Assembly: GCA_964016885.1 (NCBI GenBank)
Contig: OZ024752.1
Location: 33,170,001-33,234,000 of the forward strand
Source of the DNA: Eledone cirrhosa
Lineage: Eukaryota
Length of the DNA: 64,000 bases
Reading direction: 5' to 3'
Below are positions 25,344 to 39,278 of this stretch, one piece after another. Under the pieces are notes generated by a model, which was not told where the DNA came from, did no database searches, and worked only from the letters and a program-made list of their open reading frames with translations. Position 1 is the stretch's first letter; each line of letters begins with the position of its first letter. The position numbers and the translations under genes are program-made.

Positions 25344-26185
25344 GTCTGTCCATCTGATTGTGTATTAGAAGCCGGTAGATTGGCAGTATCAGTAGAGCAT
25401 CAGACGCCATGCTTTGCGACACAGAGTTATGGCCCTTTACGTTCTGAGTTCAAATCCCGTTGAGGTTAACTTTGTCTTTAATCCTTACGGGGGTCGATAA
25501 AATAAAGCACCAGTAATGCACTGGGGTAATTGCTGGCCTTGTACCAGAAGTAGAAACAATTATGTATTAGAAGCCTTCACTTATATGCCTTATTATTGGA
25601 CTATTTTCTGTAGTTAGGGAATGTAGCGTGACATGCTTAGCTCATGGATGTTATCCAACCATCTTCCTCAGGGTCTACCCCCCGGGTCTCCTGTCGGTTG
25701 GTTTTGCCAGTGAAATCTGTCAGGGATTCTTTCCTTAGACATTCTAACCACATGCTAATAGTATCAGAGCTGTGATCTCTCAATTCCAAGAAGTAGCATC
25801 TCTACCCTGGCTCTACCAAGCTCCACACTCAATGGTTAACATTACTCCAAAGACTCAACAACTGAAAATCATTAAGAAAACAGATTTTCTGACTCTGCTA
25901 AGAATACACTAGACAATGTCCAAAATCCAGTACTCTACATGGTCAATTGTCTTGTTAGAAATAGCAGACAAATTGTCCTCAAACTAAACACTATACTGTT
26001 ATCACATTAACTAATGTAATCTTGAAAATACTTCAGGACCCAACAACTACTAACAAAACTCAGGTGAGGCCCACAATGGAGTACAGGACCCACATCTGGG
26101 ACAGTGCTGCTACTGCTGCCATACGTATATAGAAATATCCTACACTGCATCCAAAAATGGTCATGTGACTGATTGGTATGAAATC

Positions 26186-26632
26186 ACTCACCATACCACT
26201 CTAACCTCAGACCAAACCACTACCCAGTCACTCACCATTTCACAGTAACCTCTGACCAAACCCCTACCCAGTCACTCACCATACCACCCTAACCTCTGAC
26301 CAAACCCCTACCCACAGTCACTCACCATTTCACACTAACCTCTGACCAAACCACTAGCCAGTCACTCACCATACCACCCTAACCTCTGACCAAACTCCTA
26401 CCCAGTCACTCACCATACCACCCTAACCTCTGACCAAACCCCTACCCACAGTCACTCACCATTTCACCCTAACCTCTAACCAAACCCCTACCCACAGTCA
26501 CTCACCATACCACTCTAACCTCTGACCAAACCCCTACCCACAGTCACTCACCATACCACCCTAACCTCTCACCAAACCACTACCCACAGTCACTCACCAT
26601 ACCACCCTAACCTCTGACCAAACCACTAACAC
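26186..26632. repeat. 45-47-bp tandem repeat interrupting a decayed LINE RT fragment (QVRPTMEYRTHIWD at about 26060)
   Basis: Unit CAGTCACTCACCATACCACCCTAACCTCTGACCAAACCCCTACCCA. Confidence 0.85.
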
Positions 26633-28118
26633 AGCCTTCCCAGAATATTCCAATCCAACCAGGGCCTTCTCTCTCCTGTTGGCAGAACCCCTCCCTGGTC
26701 GACTTCCACCACTTTCTGTTTGGTCTACGTCATGTCTTCAGGGGTGTAGCTGTACTCACCACCCTTTGCCAATTGCAGGTTGGTGAGGGTATTTAACCTA
26801 TAGTTGGGGTGGATAGCTGTTAACTATGAGGAGTTCATCTGCAGTTTTAACAGCTCGTCTTTTGTGCAGCTGGGGTTCCACCAACCCTCACCAGACCCTG
26901 GTTCAGTACCTGATCACTAGACCATGAAGCACGTTGTTGAGGCCCTGGAATTCCCTTCCTGTGCATGTTTTTATTGCAATCGTCACCCTGCAACTATTCA
27001 AGAGGTTAACTACATCAATCTTATCATTCTTGAAAAGCCATGGAGGTCAATAAAATAAACGACAAAGTCAAATTCATTTATCGACTATCTCCCTTCAAAT
27101 TGCTGGTCTTGTGCCTAAATCAGAAACCATTATTGTTTACTGTTTGGTGGCCATGGCGGAAGAGGTTGTGTGGTGGACGCGTTTGAAAGGGCTGAAGACG
27201 AGCACTTACCTCTTCGGTTATACCCTGATTAACTTTTTCAAATTTCATTTGAAAAGGAAAATCCAGGCGAAGAGAGAAGTGCTCTCTTCCCATCAATTTG
27301 TTGAAAGATGGATGAGAGAGACGAGCATGGCCTGAGTGAATGGGCCTGCTCTGAGTATGCGCCTGTAGATTGGAGATGGAAAGCTGGGAGAGGGCACTTG
27401 CTCGGTGGTCAGGGTCACCAAGGCTTTTTGTGGGCTTTCTCCACAAATGACCCTCGGAAGTCTCCCCCCTATTTTGGAATTTTCTTTTGTTTCATTTTTT
27501 TTTTGTTACTCTATTGTTTTTTTTTTCTTTACACGCAGAAATGCCCATTTGTACCGTCCTTAATGTTATACTTTATGTCAACCCTTGCGGTTAATAAAGA
27601 AAGCATTATTATTTAGTGGCCAATAAAGAAATCATTATTATTATTATAGGTTAACTTTGCCTTTCATCCTTACGGGGTCGATAAAATAAAGTACCAGTAA
27701 TACACTGGGTAATTGCTGGCCTTGTGCCAAAAGTAGAAACAATTATTATTATTGTGTTTATTTTTATTTTTCATTCAGTTTGATTTCCAATTCTTCCCGA
27801 ATGTCTTCCCTTGTATGGGTCGGTAGAATAAAGTACCAGTAACGTATTGGGGTTGATTTAATTGATTTCCTCTCCCCCCAAAAAATTATTGTAGTTGTAT
27901 CAATCAGAAATTATCATTATTGTTACAATATATGAAGAGACGAGCATAGAATTTCACAGTATCATTTCAAAATGTCTTTGAGATATCAAATTATAGAGAC
28001 ATTAATATGGGCGTTTAAACCATTTGTTTGTATGTATCATTGTCACTACATACACAAACATGTACAAATACACACACAAATACATACATACATCACACAT
28101 ATACGTAAAAAATACGTG

Positions 28119-28178
<60 letters not shown>

Positions 28179-28250
28179 AAAAGAAATCGAAAATGCAACT
28201 GGAGTCTTTTTAAGAATATTTATATACATATATATATATAGCTCCCTTAC

Positions 28251-28303
<53 letters not shown>

Positions 28304-29737
28304 AAAATATAGAAATGATTGAGCAAGAAGCCAACAGTATTGCATAATATATAAGTGACTATAACGTCAAAATGGAAAATAATTAACGTAAGATATGGGA
28401 AAATAATTCAAACTCAATTAAAAAAAAAAATCAAGATATATATATATATATATATAACACAGACACAAATCCCTACGTGCGTGCACACAAATATACGGCG
28501 ATCCTCTCCTTTAAAAAGGCAGCCGGTTTGCTATCTTAACATCACATGACAAGATGCTTATCGATTGCAATTCGATCTTGCTCTCATCGAAAATAAACAA
28601 TGCAATCACAATACATATATATATATATGACTTATGACTGTGTGTGTGTGTTTGTGCGTGTGTTTGTTAGTTTGTAATAGGAACGAGAAATGTTCCCTTT
28701 TTCGTAAAGATGAGATCTTAAAGAATTAAACACTAGATGTGGTGTTGGGGGTTGGGTGACTAACAGGATTTATAAGAATAGTCTCAATGGTGGTGGACTG
28801 GCAGTATCGGTAGAGCGTAGGACATCATACTTTGTGGCACATAGTAACAATCCTTTATATTCAGATATCAAATCCCGCAGAGGTTAGCTCTGTCTTTCAT
28901 TATTACGGGGTCGATAAAATAAAGTGCCAGTAATACACTGGGATCGATTTAATCGACTTTCCCCTCCCACAAAAAAAATTGTTGGCCTTGTGCTTAAATC
29001 AGAAACCATTATGATATAGTTTTGTCTAGAAATTCTTCTTATATAATCTGTAGCACATTCGGCAATATAAATAAATATATACATACATACATACATACAT
29101 ATATATTTATATATATATATATATGTGTATATATATATAGTTAACGAATGAGGAAAGGTGAGATTTTGTCACGTTTTAAACAGATACCACCTGATGGTGT
29201 TTGTTTAAAAACGGCATTAAATATTTTATTTCCAATCGCCAGAGAGAGAGAGAAAGAGCTGGCGATTGGAAATATACCATTCATTGGAAAATCGAAGGCG
29301 AAGCACAACATTGATTACTAGATTGCTGATAAACTAACGCTGCACATCACATACATGTGTTTTATTTATTTCCATTTTACAACCAACAGATGACAGGAAT
29401 TTATGCTGTGTCTTAACTGCAGAAATTAATACTCGTGTCAACGAACGAATAAACAACGTTCGTATTACTGTTATGTAAATATATAAATAACTTAAGTTGA
29501 AGCTAAAGTATTAAACCATTATGTTAGCACTGACTTAACTGTGCAGAAGACATTCCAGGGTAAGCCCCCGCCCAGTCGTAATTTTCTGTTTAAAAAAATA
29601 ATAAATGCTTTTTAAATATGTTAGCAACTAATCAATAAGAAATAATTAGATTAGGTCGCTTAACAACACTTACACGCACTCATACATATATTTGTGTGCG
29701 TGTATATATATACAATTTATTAAGGCTAAATAGTGAG

Positions 29738-29787
29738 TCTTGTTGCTCTGGAGTTTCGCCTGCTTCTGACAGGGTCATCAGACAAGA
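29738..29787 (-). ncRNA. Type I hammerhead ribozyme with a mutated cleavage triplet (GCA)
   Basis: TCTTGT-CTGATGA-C.CCTG(TCAGAAG)CAGG.C-GAAACTC(CA)GAG-CA/ACAAGA. Perfect 6-bp stem I. Confidence 0.65.
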
Positions 29788-30235
29788 GCGGATACACATA
29801 TATATGTGTGTGTATATATATATATTCGTTCGTTGACACAGTTTAAATACCCTCATTCCTCGGCAGTTAAAATATCGTTGTTAAACTAATTATAAGATAA
29901 AATGCGCTCTAATTGGGGTGTTTTCGTACTACAAATATATTGACGTTGAAAGTGAAACATCGTAAATATAAACAGTACACAGTACACAGACTGCAGTATA
30001 CATCAAACCGAAGCATATATATATTATGTATGCTGTCTATCGTCTTATATAAACTTTAGTTATCGATATATTTTGAGGGCTTTCAAATCTACGATTGTTT
30101 CGAACTGATAAGATTTGTAACTACTTATGTGTCCACTGATATACATACATAGTCACAGACACATATTAAGACACACACATATACTAACATACATACATAA
30201 TATATGCATACACACAAACACACACACACACATAA

Positions 30236-30269
<34 letters not shown>

Positions 30270-30583
30270 ATATATATTAACACACATACTAACATACATA
30301 GTACATAAATAATATATACATACATACAAACATGTATATATATTAACACACACTAACACGCACATACATGCATAGTACATACGTAATATGTATACAATAT
30401 ATACATACGGATGTGTGTATATAAGTGTGTGTGCGATCATTGTTTTTGTTTTGAACTGACGGAAACACCCAATACCCCTGTTTATATAAACATCACACAT
30501 CCCATTTAGATGACATGGTTAGCATTTATCTGAGTAGATAGAAATAATCGAAGGTATATAGCTACATCTCTCTATCTCTCTCC

Positions 30584-30648
<65 letters not shown>

Positions 30649-30674
30649 TATATACATATATATATGTTTATATA

Positions 30675-30708
<34 letters not shown>

Positions 30709-30723
30709 CATGTATGTATATAT

Positions 30724-30763
<40 letters not shown>

Positions 30764-30861
30764 AAAGTTATATTTAAATTGTTGGGTTAACAACGAGTAA
30801 ATATATATATATATATATAAAGGCATACACGCACGCGCGCACCAGCGATTACCAAACTTAC

Positions 30862-30890
30862 CTGTTGTGTATGAGGTGATAATATAAGAT

Positions 30891-30925
<35 letters not shown>

Positions 30926-31140
30926 TTATATAAACAATATCAAGATGAAGATATATTACAAAATATCCCCCAAAAGGGGTAAAACTATGTTGTGATAAAT
31001 GTAAATATTAGCCTCGTAGTCCATAATCCAAGCACAAAAATTATAAAGTGCTGTCTGATTCCAGCTGTGTATGAAACATGATCGAAGTTCAGGAGAAATA
31101 AGTCAGTCGTTCAGAATTACTTTAGAATTATCTCCCTTGA
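30862..31140 (-). other. FYCO1: Candidate non-coding first exon / promoter region of FYCO1
   Basis: Strong minus-strand donor CAG|GTAAGT at 30862/30861 in mostly unique sequence. The ATG exon has an acceptor, so an upstream exon is needed. The upper boundary is a guess. Confidence 0.3.
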
Positions 31141-34100
31141 TTAGAGAGTCACCCCAGCTGACAACGTATTAATAATTGTTTCTACTTTTGGCACAAGGCC
31201 ATCAAATACTCAGTGCATTACTGGTACTTTATTTTATCGACCCCGTAAGGATGAAAGGCAAAGTTAACCTCGGTGGGATTTGAACTCAGACCGCAAAGGG
31301 ACGTAACTATGCTGGAAAGCATGGCGTCCGACCCTCTACCGATACTGCCAAGCCACCATCCACCGACAACGTATTAATATTAATATATAGATAGATATAT
31401 ATTGTCCTCCGCCCTAATTAATAATCTAGTTAACGAAGGACCTTAAAAAAACAAACTGGTGTGTATAGAAGCAAAATATAAACTATGGAGATTATCTATA
31501 AACGTTCCTTGCATTTGTGCCGAGCTTGCAAACCCGTCTAAACACGTCTGCTTATGTCTTTCCCGTCATTTGACACTATCCTCATTTTAATCGACATATG
31601 AAAAACGAAATTCTATTCTGGTATAGTAAGGAAGTCAACTGACAGTAGCAATGCCTCTCTCCCTGCAACAAGCTACGGATAAAAAGTTATAATTGGCACA
31701 AGGCCAGCAATTACCTCAGCGCATTACTGGTACTTTATTTTATCGACCCTGTAAGGATGAAAGGCAAAGTTAAACTCGACGAGATTTGAATAATAATAGT
31801 TGTTTCTTATATAGGCATAAGGCCAACAATTTTGAGGGAGGGGAAAGTCGATTAAATCAACTCCAGTGCGTGACTGGTATTTATCGACCCCGTAAGAATG
31901 AAACCCAAAGTTAAACTCGACGGAATTTGAATAATAATAAGTGGCTATCGTATCTGAGCATCCAACACGTATAATCCTGACAATTATCAGTAGCAATAAA
32001 GAAGATCTGTTAAAGTGTTATAATTTCATCTGCTTGTTTATTTACATTGCGAGCTGTTTGTTTGTTTATTTGTTTGTTTTTCTATTCTTATTTCCTTGGA
32101 ACAGTTTTACATTTTCGTTGTTAATGCCCATGGGTGTGTTTTCAACAAAACAAACCATCTCTTTTCTTCACCCTTATAAGTCTTATAAATTTTGTTTCAT
32201 ATATTTTGGTGCAGGAATTTGGCACCGTAGAATATAAACAAGCCCTCTGTGAGCCAAATATACGCATTTTGCTGGAATTTAGCACCGTAGAATATAAGCA
32301 GGCCCTCTGCGAACCAAGTATGCGTATTAGTTTTTGATTTTCCCTTTCCGGGAGAAACCCACGTCCCTTATAACGACGACGTCCTTCGCGAAGACATAAA
32401 GGTTACCACTTCTCATTTGTAGTGTCATAAACTCTAGATCTTTATATATATTCAACAGATTTATTTAGAGAAGCGAGTTAAAAAAAAATGGAGGAGCCGT
32501 GAACTAAATAGTTTGCTATATTTAGTCACGTTCTTAGTTACAGACAGGCACACACAGAAAATAAACAGAAAATAGATTTATTATGAGAGGCAATCTTTAA
32601 AATTTATGTAGCTTGAGTATTTACAAACTTATGTCCATTATATAACTTTGGTTTTTTTTTTTATTAATAATTGTTTCTACTTGAGCACAAGGCCAGCAAT
32701 TTGAAAGTGAAAGCCGATTAAATCGAACCAGTGCATTACTGGTACTTTATTTTATCGATCACGTAAGGATAAAAGGCAAAGTTAATCTCGGCGGGATTTG
32801 AACTTTGAACGGAAAGGGCCATAATAACAATTCTTCTTTTTACAAGGCCAGCAATTACCCAGTGCATTACTGGCATTATTTTATCGACCCCGTAAGGATG
32901 AAAGGCAAAGTTAATCGCGACCGGATTTGAACTCAGAATGGAAAGGGCCGTAACTCTACGCGTCAAAGCATGGCGTCCGACCCTCTACCGATACTGTCGA
33001 TCCACCGCCCATTCTTCTTTTTAATAATGATAATAATAATAAATCCGTGGTTTGGATATGTTTATGGTGATATTTTAGCAACATTTTAAACTATATGCGT
33101 TTAATTAATGAATTTTGTATAATGCGAGATAATCCAACAAATTTAGCATAGTTCATGCTGGAGTTGAAAGCAAAATAGGGAATAAAGTGGAATAAAATGT
33201 ATATATATTCGAAAAGAGAAAAAGATGATTGCCAATTAAATGGAAAAAAAAGTGGAGAGAAGACCCACACATCCACTCACTCACCACAAGTTTTCGCTGG
33301 AGTCTTGGAGCCTCCTTCTAATCATTTTTTAGGCAAGCCAATACAGTCGCAACATTGTCGCGTCTGATAGCGAGGATAAGTAGCTGGAATAACCAAGTAC
33401 CCTTGCGGACATCACCTGATACCTCAGTAAGGCGAGTCACCAACGATGACAAGAACTTCATTATCGGCAGCCCTGCTCTCCCCCAAATGTCTCGAACGGC
33501 GCAGGCTGGGATAAATAGTTTGGCGATAATTCCAGGTATTTTAGAATTTTATTCCGTTCGATTACAGAAGCAGTGACCCTCGTTTTTACCGCAGCATCAA
33601 AGATGTGGGAAGGAGCAAAAGAGTTACTGGCAGTGATGACCCAAATGAAATATATACCTCATACTCAGAGACAAAGGCTAGGATTTCTTTCTAATCGACC
33701 CATGATAATCTAGATAGCTCCAGAATTGAGAGGATATTTACGGGAACTAGGGCCCGCTTGATAATTAGGCTTAGTTCAGTTTAGACAAACCATGAAGACA
33801 TGTGAAATCAAGGGGCCTTCGACAGCGACATTTCAATCGCCACAGATATTGGCTCTGGTGTCAAAATTATTGTTTAGGGTTTAATCTGTTGGAAGAAAGT
33901 GTGCTCAAGACCTCAAATCCACTGCGACTTATGGGATTTATAATGTTAGTGGTGTGATGTAATTGGTTTTAACAACTTAAAATATAATAGAAATTGCATG
34001 TATGGTCCCATAACTCCTGAGGTAGCCGTGGGGGTGCCGTATTGACATACAGCATTTTTAGGGCATTTTTAAACCTAGTCTGAACACGGCAAATGTCTTC

Positions 34101-34985
34101 CAGAGAAGGATAGTGAGAGAATGAAAGTGAAAAAGAGATATAGACGAAGAATCAACCCCAGTACTTGACAAAGTTTACCTCAGCGGGATTTGAACTCAGA
34201 GATTAGGGAGCCTTAACGAATACCACAAAGCACTCTATTCAACATCCTAACGACTCTACCAATTTGCCGCCTTATATAATAGGAATCATAAATCTTGTCA
34301 GAGTCTTCGTCAGATTGCAAAGCTGAAAAGCGGTTTTGCAACTCAAGTTTAAATCGGCTTGCTGTTTCGTTACATGAGAGTTTGTCTAAGTTAACTTTCG
34401 ATGGTATTTTAGTTCATGTTGATGCACAGTCTGCAACTGGCGGAGTTTAGCGTCACAAGAAGATAATAGGAATTATTCAGATTTTATTCGTATTTCTTTT
34501 TTTAAATATAAATATGATTTGGTTAGTCGAGACAGTGTGAAAGGCTTCTCAGGAGCAATCCTTGTTTCTTTGATTAAGATTCTGTTTTTGATATTTAAAT
34601 AAAATCAATGAGTTAAGCAGGTTTCAGATGAGGTTTAGTTGTTATAATTTCATTTATCAATCTAGTGGACTAGTGAAGGAACTTCTACTTAACACAGTTG
34701 CTCAATAAACAGAACTAGCTGCCCAACCCCATCAAATCATATTTTTCTGTCTTAACAAAGAAAAACCAACACATTGAATAATGTATTTCTTTGGAAATAC
34801 GAAATTCCGATACATATCTGTATACAGCTATGCTGGAAGCTAAATCCTAATTCTATTATTCTATTATAAGTTGAGCCAACTTATACAGCTTCATATGCAA
34901 ATGAGATTAATCACCTCATTTTCACAGACGAGAAAACTATATATTCTCGCCTGTTTTCAAGTCCAGCAGTTGCAAGAGCGGGAGT

Positions 34986-35031
34986 GATCGTACTGATGAG
35001 GACCATTTCAGTTCGAAATGCATCGACGATT
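34986..35031 (+). ncRNA. Type I hammerhead ribozyme with a long extended stem I
   Basis: GATCGTA-CTGATGA-GGAC(CATTTCA)GTTC-GAA-ATGCAT-C/GACGATT. Outer pairings CCAGCAG/CTGCTGG, GCAAG/CTTGC, GGGA/TCCC. First stem I pair is mismatched. Confidence 0.75.
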
Positions 35032-35107
35032 GTCCCCCTTGCTTCTGCTGGAGACCGCCAGGTAGCGATAGCCTCCGGTGTTTTTGCATAGCTACGGCTT
35101 TCTAAAT

Positions 35108-35168
<61 letters not shown>

Positions 35169-35172
<4 letters not shown>

Positions 35173-35598
35173 GATAAATCTACCAAGAGTTTACGGTAGT
35201 GTCCAATCCGTATGAAGAACTCAATGTAATCCGGATATCATGGAAAGAAGAGATGCAATGAAAAATCACTTTCGGTGAAAGATAAACGGAATACAGAGTC
35301 AAGATAAAATATTTAAAAAAAATGAATAAAACAATGAAAGAGTTCCTTATATTAAACAAAAAAAGTTCATTATTTAACGATCGTTTCTGGGATATATATG
35401 TGTTAGAATTGGCATGTATATTTAACAGATCTATGTACAAAATTATACAAAATTATACAAACTATCAAAATTAAATATACATACCAACTCATAAATATAC
35501 ATGCCAATTCTAACACATATATATCCCAGAAACGATCGTTAAATAATGAACTTTTTTTGTTTAATATAAGGAACTGTTTCATTGTTTTATTCATTTTT

Positions 35599-35612
<14 letters not shown>
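35169..35612. mobile_element. (TA)n-embedded element with inverted arms; second copy at 47756-47950
   Basis: About 35306-35423 is inverted against about 35494-35612. Near-identical left end at 47756 with a different fold-back point. No intact HHR found. Confidence 0.65.
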
Positions 35613-35636
<24 letters not shown>

Positions 35637-35909
35637 GAACGAGTAGGACCCCGACGGCTAATTCTGGACTAAATGAAAATTTTTATCCTGATATATGAAT
35701 AGCCGAGCTTCTCAGGGGGTAATTCCATATATGGTAAAAGTGATTGTCACAAGGATTGGTCAAAAGTTTGTTGTTGAGACACAATTCTATCATGGCAATT
35801 TGTGGAAGGAAGGGGTAGCTGAACCTGCCAGTAGAAGAAAGAAAGAGAAGGAGTGGAGGAAACCCAGTCGTGCGTTGATAGTGTCAACTACAGAAGGATC
35901 CTAAGGGCA

Positions 35910-35965
<56 letters not shown>

Positions 35966-36526
35966 CTTTAACATTAATATAAAAAATAATAATCTGAATA
36001 ATTATTTTTAAAATTTTACCCCAATTTTCTTTTTTTAAGTGCCTCAAATTTCGTTTAGCTTACGGTCTCAACAGGTGAAATTTCTACTCTATAGCAGACG
36101 TTCCACATGCCAGAAGTAACGATTTTATTTTTCCGTTTTCTTTTATTTCCATTATAAAAAACTGCTGACCGCATTCAATTTTCTAGTTGGTTCTGAAGAT
36201 ATGCAATTTTTATAACATTTTTCAAAGTTCTTTCCCTTATTCCGACATATAAAAAAAAAGAAAAATCAGGTAAAAGCAAATTTAAATAATTACACATTAT
36301 TATAGTTTTATCAATGTAATCAAGATTTTATCCCAAAGAGAGGAAATTGGATCGTTATCCACTGAAGGTTCCTTAAACCTTGATGAAGGGACTTTTAGGT
36401 CCCCAAATATTGGACAGATAAAAGAACACCAACAAAACAAAACCAAGATTACTAGGTAACTTTTACTTTTCGTTACCTCATCTTACAGTCCATTTTGCAT
36501 TGTTTGGCCTTCTATCTCTTTCAATG

Positions 36527-37120
<594 letters not shown>

Positions 37121-37201
37121 TAAGTTATTCCGGGTTGAATCGGAGGTAACCACAGTAAGTAAGGTACTCAATACATAGCAGAGTATAAAAGTTTGAATAT
37201 A

Positions 37202-37260
37202 GATGAGATTCTACAGGACTAGAACTGTTTCATTCTTGAGAAATCATCAGGAATCTCATC
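37202..37260 (-). ncRNA. Type I hammerhead ribozyme with a full stem III (family C; element 37119-37260)
   Basis: GATGAGATTC-CTGATGA-T.TTC(TCAA)GAA.T-GAA-ACAG(TTCTAGTC)CTGT-A/GAATCTCATC. Perfect 10-bp stem I. Confidence 0.85.
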
Positions 37261-37298
37261 TATATATATATATCTATATATATATATATATATATATA

Positions 37299-37362
<64 letters not shown>

Positions 37363-37555
37363 TAAAAGGAAAAGAAAATGCTGACAAATTTTTCCCAGTG
37401 AAAAATAGTTTAATTAGGAATAAGTAAAAATTAGTTATAAGTATTGGTTAGTATTCAGTTTTAGTTTTAAGTTATTACCGGTTGCGCATTTCTAATGCTT
37501 TTCAAAAATAATTTTGAGATAGAGCGCCCGTGATGTTTGCTCTATCTAATATATA

Positions 37556-37587
<32 letters not shown>

Positions 37588-37589
<2 letters not shown>

Positions 37590-37781
37590 AACCAGTAAGA
37601 CCCCGACAGCTGAGCTCAAGCCGTTTCGACGGCTAATTCTGCGTCCAGAATTAGCCGTCGAAACGGCTTGAGCTCAGCTGTCGGGGTCTTACTGGTTCCT
37701 ATTACCCACTCTACTACCCCAAGTATTGAGTACTTTGGTGCGTTATGGTCCACCTGGTTCCTTACCACATTTCCTTCGTTA
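37588..37781 (+). mobile_element. Family D element: 3' half of an HHR (GAAACGGCT..AGCYGTC/GGGGTC) with a fold-back inversion at stem II
   Basis: Palindrome 37588-37700 followed by the 3' body ending CCTTCGTTA(TA)n. Further copies at 41768-41880, 47574-47704, 49335-49509 and 35636-35670; a diverged relative at 46291-46340. Confidence 0.75.
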
Positions 37782-38480
37782 TATATATATATATATTGAT
37801 GGTTTAGAGTTAAAGAATAAAAACTAATGATAAAATAAAAATACATTTTTTAAATTGAGGCCTTTAAGGGCGTGTGGCGACGCTAAGCTGTAGCTTATTT
37901 AGCTTAAAAGTAAGTCTCGGACTGACTACACTAAGACCCTCGAGGGTATTTGGCGCTAGGCTATAGCCTAATTAGTTTAGAGATAAATCCAGCACAGAGT
38001 TTAGATCATCAAAAGAAGAGGGACTCCATTTCATTTGAATTAAATGTATTCATCATCAAAAATACGTTTTTCAGTCTGTACATATGGGGTCACCATAATG
38101 TTTTAAGTGCTTAGAGCCCCCCAAAAGACTTATTCCGGCCCTGTCTCTAGGCGTTACAAGCTGTAATAGCACAATGAGATGTTACAAGTAACTCTGTCTT
38201 TACTTGCATTTGATAGCCAGGCCCTACGCCTCTCAAACATCCATTGTGTATTTCATTGTGCTCTGTTGAAGTAGTCCTAATTTCGGCCACCAAGTCTACC
38301 AGAATAATTTCGCATGCAACTAAAGAAAACTTCGGGGCTGGGGAGAAAGTCCGAGCACTCCGTTTTCTGGGAAAAAAAAGGTCAATTGTGGCATGTTCTC
38401 AGGTCAGATTAGGTGATAGCACACACACACACACACACACGCACGCACACACACACACACACACGCACACACACACACAC

Positions 38481-38519
<39 letters not shown>

Positions 38520-38666
38520 AACAAACAAAACACGAGGAAAAGTGATGTTCCGTCTATAGGAGTATTTTACCAGAATTTCTAATACACACACACAGACAGA
38601 CAAAACACATACAGACACACAATATATATATATGTGTGTGTGCGTGTGTGTGTGTCTATGTGTATT

Positions 38667-39098
38667 CTAAGGCGGGTAAAATTCCCGAGATCCATGGACG
38701 AGTTCTCTCCAGCGGTCTCTGTCCCTCATTATCGCTGCCATGTCCTGCGTCTCCAATAGACCAGTGTCTGTCCTTAGGGCATCAACATACGTTAACCTTG
38801 GTCTTCCACTTCTAGTGTGTCCATGTAGGGGCTCCCAAAGGAGCACTGAGTGCAATGTCAACTCTGGATGTCGGTGAGCATGTCCAGCTAACCTCAGTCT
38901 CCTCTGTGTCACTTTTGAGCTGACTTTTGGGATGCTCCCATACAGCTCTGAGTTTTTCATCCTCAGTGTATACTGATTAATGTTCAGAGCCATCCTCAGC
39001 ATTCTCGTGTAGCACCCATCCACCATCTGAGTGAGTTTCTTGGTCAGTGTCCAAGTCTCAGACCCATACAGCAGCACAGACTCCACTACAGCAATGAA
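38667..39098 (-). mobile_element. 3' end of a second RTE-clade LINE family; near-identical shorter copy at 56357-56624 (+)
   Basis: VLLYGSETW..RMLR..RRLRLAGH..GRPRLTYVD..RDRDRWRELV. The stop codon is followed directly by microsatellite. Confidence 0.82.
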
Positions 39099-39190
<92 letters not shown>

Positions 39191-39193
<3 letters not shown>

Positions 39194-39278
39194 GACCTGT
39201 CAACTCTCCCCGCCCGACGGGGAGATCACCCACCCACTTTGGGTGATCTCCCCGACGGACGGGGAGAGTTGACAGTTG
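39191..39278. repeat. GC-rich hairpin, probably a tiny MITE
   Basis: CTGTCAACTCTCCCCG..CGGGGAGATCACCCA / TGGGTGATCTCCCCG..CGGGGAGAGTTGACAG. Confidence 0.7.

Noticed and set aside
33260-33900. Possible decayed LINE endonuclease region on the minus strand
   Set aside because: Only a weak LVIVGD-like motif; too degraded to classify by eye.
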